A stretch of 64,000 nt of DNA from a virus. The DNA is taken from positions 52,662 through 116,661 of IMG/VR virus record IMGVR_UViG_3300010885_036069; one strand, written 5' to 3'. The notes beneath the pieces were generated by a model. The model ran no database searches. It saw nothing but the letters and a program-made list of their open reading frames with translations, and had not been told where the DNA came from. Below are positions 35,297 through 43,256 of the stretch, piece by piece; the first letter of the stretch is position 1, and each line of letters begins with the position of its first letter. A program made the position numbers and the translations under genes.

Positions 35297-36094
35297 ATGA
35301 CAAACATTCATGCAGACCTCGTAAAAATGGCAGTTCCGATTAGTTCCCTCCAGCATCTACAGGGGAACCCAAGAGTCGGTGACGTTGCTGCTATCAAGTC
35401 CTCGTTGGAGGAGTTCGGTCAGCTCAAGCCAATTGTTATCTTTGATAATGGTGATGACACCTACACGATCCTTGCGGGCAACCACACCGTTCATGCTGCA
35501 CGCGATCTCGGCTGGGAAGAAATAGCAGCAGTAATTGAAACCGAAATGGATATGAAGAAAGCAATTGCGTTTGCTCTCATTGACAATCGAGTTTCAGAAC
35601 TTGGCCACTCGGACACCGAATTGCTCACAGAAGCGATTATTGATGTTTCGGATGTTTATCCGAATGTGTTTGAAGGTGTTGGCTGGGATGACTTTGAAAT
35701 TGCCGCCATGTACACCGATCATTCCCAGCAAGACTTTGAAGGAGCATTGGCCACTGGTCAGGCGGGCGGGTATATCGCCCCTGTGATTATTTCAGAGCCA
35801 GCCAAGCCGAGTGTAATTCCCGTTTCCTCTACTGATGAGGAGGATGGACCTCGGCTGGTCGCTCCCGTTGGAACTGATGAAAAGTTGGCAGTTATTTCTG
35901 GGGTCGGTGGAGCAACTTCACAAACCGATTCATCAAAGAAAGCACTGATTCAATACACGCTAATTTTTGATGAAGCCGATCAAATGTCTCGTTGGTGGGA
36001 GTTCATTAAGTTCCTTCGTGGTTCTGCCGTCTACGAGGGCGACACGATCACGTCAAAGCTCATGGACTTTATTGAAGCGCATGGAGAGTTCTAG
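35297..36094 (+). CDS. ParB/Srx-like domain protein
   Basis: NPR.GD...I..SL..FGQ.KPIV...ILAGNH...AA..LG...DNR. Confidence 0.85.
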   Translation: MTNIHADLVKMAVPISSLQHLQGNPRVGDVAAIKSSLEEFGQLKPIVIFDNGDDTYTILAGNHTVHAARDLGWEEIAAVIETEMDMKKAIAFALIDNRVSELGHSDTELLTEAIIDVSDVYPNVFEGVGWDDFEIAAMYTDHSQQDFEGALATGQAGGYIAPVIISEPAKPSVIPVSSTDEEDGPRLVAPVGTDEKLAVISGVGGATSQTDSSKKALIQYTLIFDEADQMSRWWEFIKFLRGSAVYEGDTITSKLMDFIEAHGEF

Positions 36095-37258
36095 ATGACG
36101 CGTCAACGCATGTTCCTAGACATGAGTTGTGTAGATGCAGCCAGGGAGCGAATGCGTCATATCTATGACGTGTTTGACACTGTGTGCGTGCAGTTCTCTG
36201 GAGGCAAAGATTCAACTGCCGCTCTTTTGCTTGCAAAAGAAATCCATGAAGAGCGCAATCTTGGGCCAGTAAAGGCAATCTTCCGTGACGAAGAAATGGT
36301 TTCCCCGTCCGTGCTTCGCTACATGGAGTGGATCCGAGAGCAACCGTGGATTGATCTTGAGTGGTATTGCTTGCCAATGGCTCAAGAGGTTTGGGTTCTC
36401 GGTCAACGCTTCTATGTTCTTCTTTGGTCAAAGACTAGAGAAGATCGCGGCTACTTGGTCCGAGAAAAACCCGAGTGGGCCATTACTGCCGAAAGTTTTG
36501 GGCTTGATCCTTATAAGTCGGTTCCTGAACCGATTGACTACTACACGATGCAGGGCAAGACCGGAATGACTGCATTTATCATGGGCGTTCGCGCCAATGA
36601 ATCAATGATGCGCTACCGGTCGTGCGTTCAAAAGTTGCACGAGAACTACATTGTTCAGCCTTACCAGTTGAAGAAAAGCATTCCATTGCGATTTGCTAAA
36701 CCGATCTACGACTGGACAACGGACGATGTATTGAAATTCATTGCCGACGAGCATGACTTCCCTTATTGCGAGTACTACGACTTAGCAAATCTGAGCGGTG
36801 CAAATTCACGCGTTGGCATCCCGCTTCATTCTGTTGCTATTCGCAGGATTAACGATGTTGTTGTCACTGAGCCAGAGTTCTACGACCAGTTGTATCGAGT
36901 ATTTCCGCAGATTGATGCACAGCGCAGGCTTTGGAAAGACTTTGACATTGAAAGGCTTATCACCGACTACGCAAGCGACGGTTGGGATGGCGTTCGTGAC
37001 TGCATTGCCGACTCCATGCTCACCCCAGGAACTGCTCGATCGGCAATGAACTATGCGAGTAAGTACCGAAAGAAACATGCGACCGATCCTTGGTCGTACC
37101 CCATTGAGTGGCTGATCAGGACGCTAATGCTGAACGAGTTCCACTCAATGTCACCGACTCCAATTGGGCCAAAGACAAAGGCCTATTCTCAGCGAATGAA
37201 GATTGCCCAAGAAGTTGCTGCCGCAAACAGCCTTGACGCTATGGATGACTTTAGATGA
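36095..37258 (+). CDS. PAPS-reductase-family PP-loop protein (IbrA-like)
   Basis: FSGGKDS, F.DEE, WYCLP, GVRA.ES..R, PIYDW...DV. Confidence 0.85.
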   Translation: MTRQRMFLDMSCVDAARERMRHIYDVFDTVCVQFSGGKDSTAALLLAKEIHEERNLGPVKAIFRDEEMVSPSVLRYMEWIREQPWIDLEWYCLPMAQEVWVLGQRFYVLLWSKTREDRGYLVREKPEWAITAESFGLDPYKSVPEPIDYYTMQGKTGMTAFIMGVRANESMMRYRSCVQKLHENYIVQPYQLKKSIPLRFAKPIYDWTTDDVLKFIADEHDFPYCEYYDLANLSGANSRVGIPLHSVAIRRINDVVVTEPEFYDQLYRVFPQIDAQRRLWKDFDIERLITDYASDGWDGVRDCIADSMLTPGTARSAMNYASKYRKKHATDPWSYPIEWLIRTLMLNEFHSMSPTPIGPKTKAYSQRMKIAQEVAAANSLDAMDDFR

Positions 37259-37809
37259 ACATTGCAACATTGGAAATTGAAAATGTAAAACCAGCGATTT
37301 GGAGGACGGGGTATATCCTTCGTCCTGAGTACCGAACGCTCAGAGACTCCATGGCCGACTATGGCTGGCTCAGTCCTATTCTCGTTCGTGAGGCTGACTA
37401 TACGATCATTGATGGGTTCTTTCGCTGGCAGTTAGCAAGCACCGACAAAAAGGTGTCCAAGAAGGTCGGCAATCAAGTTCCTGTAATTCTGGTTGATTGC
37501 GATGAAGTTGATGCCATGATTATGCATGTGCGAATGAATCGCTCAAAAGGCCAGCCAGTAGCAAAAGCCCTTTCTCGGTTAGTCAAACGGATTGAGTTCA
37601 CCAAGAAGTACGACGAGCGCGATCTGCAAAGTCTTCTTGGAATGACCTATGAAGAATTCAATGTGCTTCTTACTGGGTCGTTGCTGAAGACTCGCAAGCT
37701 CAAGGAATACAAGTATTCAAAGGCTTGGGTTCCGGTTGAAGTTGCTCCAGAAGATGCAACCGTGAGCGGTTCAATCTCAATTGAGCGACCACCCACGCCT
37801 GATCAGTGA
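37255..37809 (+). CDS. ParB-like protein (IbrB-like)
   Basis: S...GW..PILV...IIDGF.R...H.R.NR.KG...LGM..EE. Confidence 0.8.
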   Translation: MNIATLEIENVKPAIWRTGYILRPEYRTLRDSMADYGWLSPILVREADYTIIDGFFRWQLASTDKKVSKKVGNQVPVILVDCDEVDAMIMHVRMNRSKGQPVAKALSRLVKRIEFTKKYDERDLQSLLGMTYEEFNVLLTGSLLKTRKLKEYKYSKAWVPVEVAPEDATVSGSISIERPPTPDQ

Positions 37810-37860
37810 TGCCGAACACCGCCCCATTATTGGTAAGTTATGGAAAAGTATTCTCTAGGG

Positions 37861-38229
37861 GTGAAAATGCCAAGGCCAGCAAACCCATACGACGATTTTG
37901 AAATTATGGGCAGCACAAATCCTAATAACTTCGTTCCAGCCATTCAGGCTGGCAACAATGTTGGTGGTCAACCTCGGGCCGTTGTTGCCGCGCCAGGTTC
38001 ATCAGGTGAGCGTGCAGCCTTGGGGGCGGCTGACTTTGCTGCACGCAATCGGGTCACACCACGAGCGCGACAAGTCAGTACTCGCCGTGGCACCACTCCT
38101 TCCAGACGAACCTCGGTAACTCCAAATCGTCGTCAGCGGGCAGCAGGGGCCGTCAATAAGGTTCGTCGTCGGGCTGCAAGTCTTGCCGATCGGACCGCAA
38201 ATCGCCTCCGCCGAGGTCGTCGTCGCTAA
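37861..38229 (+). CDS. Arg-rich basic hypothetical protein
   Basis: TATTCT-N6-GTG start; C-terminal half very Arg-rich. Confidence 0.55.
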   Translation: MKMPRPANPYDDFEIMGSTNPNNFVPAIQAGNNVGGQPRAVVAAPGSSGERAALGAADFAARNRVTPRARQVSTRRGTTPSRRTSVTPNRRQRAAGAVNKVRRRAASLADRTANRLRRGRRR

Positions 38230-38243
38230 GGGAGTGATGAGTA

Positions 38244-38873
38244 ATGCTCGTTGACTCCGATGATCTAGCGACATATATGGATATTGGTCGGTTTAATAAC
38301 CGCCAAGAAGACAACGCAAATTTGATTATTGCTGGTGTTCAATCCGAGATTGAAACATTCCTTCGACGACCCATTGAGCCAGTTGAATTGGTTGAGGAGT
38401 ATCGCATCCCTGAGGATTACCTCTATGTTTCAGCGACTGCCTACTTCTACGATCACACCACCGATACAAGTGTTGACCCCATTGAGCGAGTTGTTCAACC
38501 CCCGTATGTCCTTCACTTGAATAACTCTCCAGTAGTTGATGTTTCACTTGTTCGCCGCAAGGGACTGAATGAAGCCTCTTGGACGACGATGACCCCAGGA
38601 CAGCAGTATTCAGCCTCCAAGTGGGGCATTGATATGTTTAATGTTGTATCTTTTGACAATATTGAGGTTACATATACTGCCGGCCTTGATGGGGATGCAA
38701 TTCCCTACCTGAAGCTCTTAGTGCTTCGCGTTGCTTCTCGTGAAATGCAAAACCTCACCGATGATGTTGTTGGTCTTAAGGATCTAACAACGAGAGAGGT
38801 TGCCGTCCGAGATGTTGGCCTCACCGACGGTGATAAGGCAACTCTTAAGCGGTGGCGACGTAGGCAGATCTAA
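38244..38873 (+). CDS. Head-tail adaptor/connector
   Basis: DL..Y..., IE.FL.RP, L.NSPV, VTYTAG, terminal L.RWRR; first gene of the neck block. Confidence 0.75.
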   Translation: MLVDSDDLATYMDIGRFNNRQEDNANLIIAGVQSEIETFLRRPIEPVELVEEYRIPEDYLYVSATAYFYDHTTDTSVDPIERVVQPPYVLHLNNSPVVDVSLVRRKGLNEASWTTMTPGQQYSASKWGIDMFNVVSFDNIEVTYTAGLDGDAIPYLKLLVLRVASREMQNLTDDVVGLKDLTTREVAVRDVGLTDGDKATLKRWRRRQI

Positions 38874-39391
38874 TGGCCGTTAGTCGTTCAGATGTTGAAC
38901 TGATTATTGATGTTGATACTTGGGATGCTAAGCGCCTAATTCGCGACATTAAAGATCGAGCATCGTCCTATCGTCGTATTTTTGAAATTGCAAGATTGAA
39001 CCTAGAGGCGCTTAATGCAACGCACTTTGCAACCTCTGGAGCGGCACCATCCGGAAAGGCTACGCCTGGAAGGGGAAGTGCAGGTCCATGGGCGCCGTAT
39101 GGTTCTTGGACTGCACGTGCCGGTCAGCCAGTGACAATGAATCGCTCTGGAAGGTTGATGGAGTCGCTGACAAATCTTCGTGGCGCCCCCAATGACATCG
39201 GGCGCTCCTCTGCGACATTCGGAACCAATGTAGAATATGCGGGATATCATCAGTACGGAACAGATAAAATGCCGAAACGCCCAGTCGTCTTTGAGCCAAC
39301 AGGTTTTGCCGAAGAACTTGGTGAAATGACTGGCTTCTACTTGACCGGCGATGCCTCTATTGTTGGTTTGCGAAAGTTGTTTGGGAGTTAA
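38873..39391 (+). CDS. Virion morphogenesis/neck protein (Mu gpG/P2 gpS-like)
   Basis: SGRL..SL...FGTNVEYA.YHQYGT..MPKRP. Confidence 0.8.
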   Translation: MAVSRSDVELIIDVDTWDAKRLIRDIKDRASSYRRIFEIARLNLEALNATHFATSGAAPSGKATPGRGSAGPWAPYGSWTARAGQPVTMNRSGRLMESLTNLRGAPNDIGRSSATFGTNVEYAGYHQYGTDKMPKRPVVFEPTGFAEELGEMTGFYLTGDASIVGLRKLFGS

Positions 39392-39396
39392 TTATT

Positions 39397-40011
39397 ATGA
39401 TGCAAGGGCCGTGGTTAGCAAAAAAATTCGTTACCGATTATTTGGCTAGCGACATCCCTCATCGCATTATTGAACACCGGAATGCTTGGCAATTGGATTC
39501 AGAGCGTCTTCCTGACCCCGAACTCTATGTTGCTTATGAGCCAGCAGGGCTAGAGGTTTGGCCAACAATTATCACCATTCAGATGAATACTGGATCTCTA
39601 ACTCGGACCGATTATTCCAATTGGTCCACTGATCCAAATTACCGAGTTACCTACAATCTACGAACCTATATTTGGGTTCGCGGAGAAGGTCCAGAGCAGA
39701 CAACTGAAAGTCGCGATCGACTCACTGCTGTTGTACGAGCATCAATGTTAGATCATGCCGCCATGCAGGTTCTGTCAACAGGATTTTTCTCTCACATGGA
39801 CGCTGATGTTCTGATGGATGAAACCTCACTCCGTGAGGAATATAGCGATCTCTCGTATGCGAAGGGTGATCGGGTCATTGCTGGAGCTTACCTCGCTTAT
39901 GAACTCTCCCTCAACGAGCAAATCACGAGGACTAAGGTCAGTGACATTGATTCATTTGACATTGATCCAGCCAATCTTGGCTGGTCAGATGTTTTACCAA
40001 CAGATGAATAA
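39397..40011 (+). CDS. Putative tail terminator/completion protein
   Basis: Position between neck and sheath genes. Confidence 0.55.
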   Translation: MMQGPWLAKKFVTDYLASDIPHRIIEHRNAWQLDSERLPDPELYVAYEPAGLEVWPTIITIQMNTGSLTRTDYSNWSTDPNYRVTYNLRTYIWVRGEGPEQTTESRDRLTAVVRASMLDHAAMQVLSTGFFSHMDADVLMDETSLREEYSDLSYAKGDRVIAGAYLAYELSLNEQITRTKVSDIDSFDIDPANLGWSDVLPTDE

Positions 40012-40054
40012 TAGTTCCACCGGTAAGTAAAAGTTATGGCGTAAAGTTGCGACG

Positions 40055-40411
40055 ATGAGCGAAATCACTGTTGTCAATAATCAAAATCATCCCCTCATGG
40101 TTTCCTCCGATGGCCTCATGGCCGTCCCGGGCGAACTAGTTGTTGTTGATTCCGAAGACAAAATTGTCAATTCGGTGATTAAAAATCAACTGGTTTCGGT
40201 ACTTTCGCCACAAAAGCCAGTTGAAGTGGCAGAATCTACACAAGAAACAATTTCAACTGAGGAAGAAATCTCACCCGAGGTCATTTCTGAGGATTCGGTT
40301 GCAGAACCGGAAGCCGAACCAGAAGTAACCGAAGAAGCCCCAGAGGCTGAGATTTCAACCCCAGCACGAACGACACGCAAGAAGACCTCGACGCAGGTGA
40401 AGGAGTCCTAA
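40055..40411 (+). CDS. Hypothetical protein with acidic low-complexity tail
   Basis: TAAAGT-N7-ATG; precedes the sheath gene. Confidence 0.6.
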   Translation: MSEITVVNNQNHPLMVSSDGLMAVPGELVVVDSEDKIVNSVIKNQLVSVLSPQKPVEVAESTQETISTEEEISPEVISEDSVAEPEAEPEVTEEAPEAEISTPARTTRKKTSTQVKES

Positions 40412-41910
40412 TGCCAGGTATCAACGTCACAACCGGCGTTCGCGTTGGCCCAGAAGGTGCCAATGTAACCCCAGGTTCAACGCTGTTCCTAGTTGGTACC
40501 GCTGAACGCGGACCCACCAATCGCGCACGCGCTGTTGTGAGTATGGGTCAGTTTGAAGCCATCTATGGTGGTTTTTCAAGCTCCTATACACTCCACGACA
40601 GTGTTCGCACTTTCTTTGAAGAAGGCGGCACGCGCTGCTACATCACGCGAGTACTTGCTGGTTCGCCCGCAGTAGCGACAATTGCTCTTCAAAGCAGCAC
40701 CCCCGCAACGGTAATTACAATTACGGCTGCTAACGCTGGAACTTGGGGTAATGAGCTTGAGGTTGAAACGACAACAGTGGATAGCGCACTTTCACTCGTT
40801 ATCAAATACCGTGGAAGCACCATCTTTACCGGTGGTCCTTACACTGCGGAAGTAATTGCCGATGGTTCCACAAAGTATCCTTCCGAATTTGCCACAGAAG
40901 CAATCAATGGAAGTGCAGCTCTTTCTGAACTTCTTACGGCAACTCTCACCACGGCCAACAAAGACGACGAAATCGTTGACGACACCTACGCTCTTACTTC
41001 AGGTGCTAATGGCTCTACCGTAGTAGCAGCCACTATTGCTACTGGTCTTGATCTCTTTGATTATGACTTCGGCTCCGGCGCTGTTGCCACTCCCGGCTTT
41101 TCTGGTGCAACGGTATGGAATGCAATGCGCGATCATGCCGTTGCTAACCGTCGAATTGCACTCCTCGCATCAGTCATTGGCGCCACCGTCAGTGACGCTG
41201 TTGATGATGTCACTGGGTATTGGGGCGACACCGAAGAGGGTCGCACTAATGCTTCATACTTGGCCTTCTACTGGCCATGGGTGAAGGTTCCTGACGGCTT
41301 TGGTGGCACTCGGGCGCAGTCCCCAGAGGCATTCGTTGCCGCTGCTCGCGCCCGTGCGCTCCGGGCAAATGGTGCATGGCGAGCCGGTGCGGGCAACATT
41401 TCAACCGCACGTTATGTCAAGGATCTCTATGTTCCGGTTGTTCGAGCCACCGCCGACACCCTTGATGCCGCACGAGGAAACGCTCTTCGGGTCATCGGTG
41501 GAGCCGTTCAGGTCTACGGCGCTCGCTCCGCTTCAATTGATGAGGGCAACTGGCGCTTCATCACCTACCGAGACACAATCAACTACATCGTTGATCGGGC
41601 TGAAGCGGCTCTTGAGCCACTCGTGTTCCGGCCAATTGACGGTCGTGGCAATCTCTTCGGTCAGGTAGAAGCAATCCTCACCGGCGTTGTAGATCCCATC
41701 CGTACTGCTGGTGGACTCTACGAGGGGTTTGATCCCAACACTGGAGCGCCGATTGACTCTGGTTACTCTGTTGAGGTTTCCTCAGCAAACAATCCAGTTG
41801 GCAATCTCGCAAATGGTGTAGTCACTGCAACTGTCGGCGTTCGGGTTTCACCTGTCGCTGAGCAGATCAATGTGACAATTTCCAAGTCCTCCCTCACCGC
41901 TACTGTCTGA
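40411..41910 (+). CDS. Contractile tail sheath protein
   Basis: MPGINV, G.AERGP, FF.EGG...Y.TRV, YWPW, YGAR, EPLVF.P.D, V.PVAEQI. Confidence 0.93.
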   Translation: MPGINVTTGVRVGPEGANVTPGSTLFLVGTAERGPTNRARAVVSMGQFEAIYGGFSSSYTLHDSVRTFFEEGGTRCYITRVLAGSPAVATIALQSSTPATVITITAANAGTWGNELEVETTTVDSALSLVIKYRGSTIFTGGPYTAEVIADGSTKYPSEFATEAINGSAALSELLTATLTTANKDDEIVDDTYALTSGANGSTVVAATIATGLDLFDYDFGSGAVATPGFSGATVWNAMRDHAVANRRIALLASVIGATVSDAVDDVTGYWGDTEEGRTNASYLAFYWPWVKVPDGFGGTRAQSPEAFVAAARARALRANGAWRAGAGNISTARYVKDLYVPVVRATADTLDAARGNALRVIGGAVQVYGARSASIDEGNWRFITYRDTINYIVDRAEAALEPLVFRPIDGRGNLFGQVEAILTGVVDPIRTAGGLYEGFDPNTGAPIDSGYSVEVSSANNPVGNLANGVVTATVGVRVSPVAEQINVTISKSSLTATV

Positions 41911-41926
41911 TAAGGGGTAATACAAG

Positions 41927-42409
41927 ATGGCAAAGATTTCACAGCGGCAGATTGTTGCAGCGGTAAAACCGTCTACAGCACAAGCCAGTTCATCAATCGT
42001 GCCACCGGATTTCACCGCCAGCGCTCGTCAGTATTTCGCCCAGGTTTCTGGTGGCGAAGTACAGGCTTCCGTTGAAAAGGTGTATGACGGTGGATCAACC
42101 TTCCCTGAGGCTCTTCCGGCCCCAATTGAGGTTGGCGATATTACCGTAACGCGTCATTATGACCCAGAAATTGACGAATCTCTCATTTCTCGAGCTCGTA
42201 CAATCGTGGGCAAGGCACGCTACGACATTTCAATCTTCACTCTGGATGCTGATAATCAGATCCTTCGTGGGCGCTCACGGGTTTACCCAAATGCCCTCCT
42301 TGTGAACATTACTGAACCCGAGGGTGATTCCTCGTCAGGTGGGCCTGCAACGTTCTCGCTTACCTTCTCGTGCGAACAGGTCACTCGACCACCTTCATCT
42401 GCTGCCTGA
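41927..42409 (+). CDS. Tail tube protein (T4 gp19-like)
   Basis: Follows the sheath; F..VSGG, DGG, GDITVTR, GDSSS......LTF. Confidence 0.8.
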   Translation: MAKISQRQIVAAVKPSTAQASSSIVPPDFTASARQYFAQVSGGEVQASVEKVYDGGSTFPEALPAPIEVGDITVTRHYDPEIDESLISRARTIVGKARYDISIFTLDADNQILRGRSRVYPNALLVNITEPEGDSSSGGPATFSLTFSCEQVTRPPSSAA

Positions 42410-42418
42410 ACTATGGAT

Positions 42419-42450
42419 ACTGGGGGTACTCCTTGATGGATACCCCCAGT
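42419..42450. other. Strong intergenic hairpin after the tube gene
   Basis: ACTGGGGGTA...TACCCCCAGT 10-bp stem; no clear U-tract. Confidence 0.55.
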
Positions 42451-42501
42451 TCCACCTATGATCTATCTACCTAACCCCAACCTGATTGGATAGTAAATAA
42501 T

Positions 42502-43053
42502 ATGGCTGACCCCGTATATACCTTTGGTGCTGATGATGACATCACTCCAGAGGACATTGTTATTGGTGAAGTTGAAGACTCCAATGGCAGCGATGTAATT
42601 GGTTCTGTTTCCGAGCCAAATCTTCTAAACCAACTTCGCACCACACTCTCCAAAAAGGTAGAGCGTGCCGATGTTCTTATTGAAGTTCCAGAACGACCTG
42701 GAATGACAATCCGCTATTCCCCCAATGTGACTCAGCATCAGATCAAGGCATGGCGCCGTGCTTCTGGAGCAGAGCGTAAGGACGGCCTTGATGCTGTTCG
42801 CTTCTCGTGTCACGTTCTTGCCAATACCTGCACAGGCTTCTTCCTTAACGGACACGAGGTCACTGAGAATGGCGAGCCAGTCACATTTGGCGACGAACTC
42901 ATCATGTCAATGGTTGAGGCCATTCGAGTCTTTGATTGCGTCCGAGCGGTCTACGGTCTTGATCCGCACGTTGAGGGTGCGGCTCTTGCTGTGCTTGACG
43001 CCGCTGGCTTCAATGACGATGTTGAACAGGTGGACCCTACGAAGACGCAGTAG
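42502..43053 (+). CDS. Tail assembly chaperone (gpG-like)
   Basis: Between tube and tape measure genes; ends VDPTKTQ. Confidence 0.75.
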   Translation: MADPVYTFGADDDITPEDIVIGEVEDSNGSDVIGSVSEPNLLNQLRTTLSKKVERADVLIEVPERPGMTIRYSPNVTQHQIKAWRRASGAERKDGLDAVRFSCHVLANTCTGFFLNGHEVTENGEPVTFGDELIMSMVEAIRVFDCVRAVYGLDPHVEGAALAVLDAAGFNDDVEQVDPTKTQ

Positions 43054-43232
43054 ACGAATTAATTGAAAATCCATTAATTCAGACGGCAGCAAGACTCGGG
43101 GAACTGTTCGGAACAGACCCATTAGTGCTTCTTGACTGTGACATGACGACATGGATGATCAGAGTGGCTTGTGCTAGAGTCATCGCAGAAGATCGCGAAG
43201 AGCAAGCACGGAAAGCCAAACAAGGTAGATAA
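43026..43232 (+). CDS. Tail assembly chaperone -1 frameshift extension (gpGT-like), absent from the ORF track
   Basis: -1 frame open from 43026: PYEDAVDELIENPLIQTAARLGELFGTDPL...KQGR*; no early start codon. Confidence 0.65.
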   Translation, partial: TGGPYEDAVDELIENPLIQTAARLGELFGTDPLVLLDCDMTTWMIRVACARVIAEDREEQARKAKQGR

Positions 43233-43256
43233 TAAGTTTTAGGGAGGTGAGTTTGC

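Noticed and set aside
36095-37258. Auxiliary sulfate-assimilation gene cysH
   Set aside because: Length, DEE/WYCLP motifs and coupling to ParB-like genes fit IbrA-like proteins; the CysH C-terminal ECGLH motif is absent.
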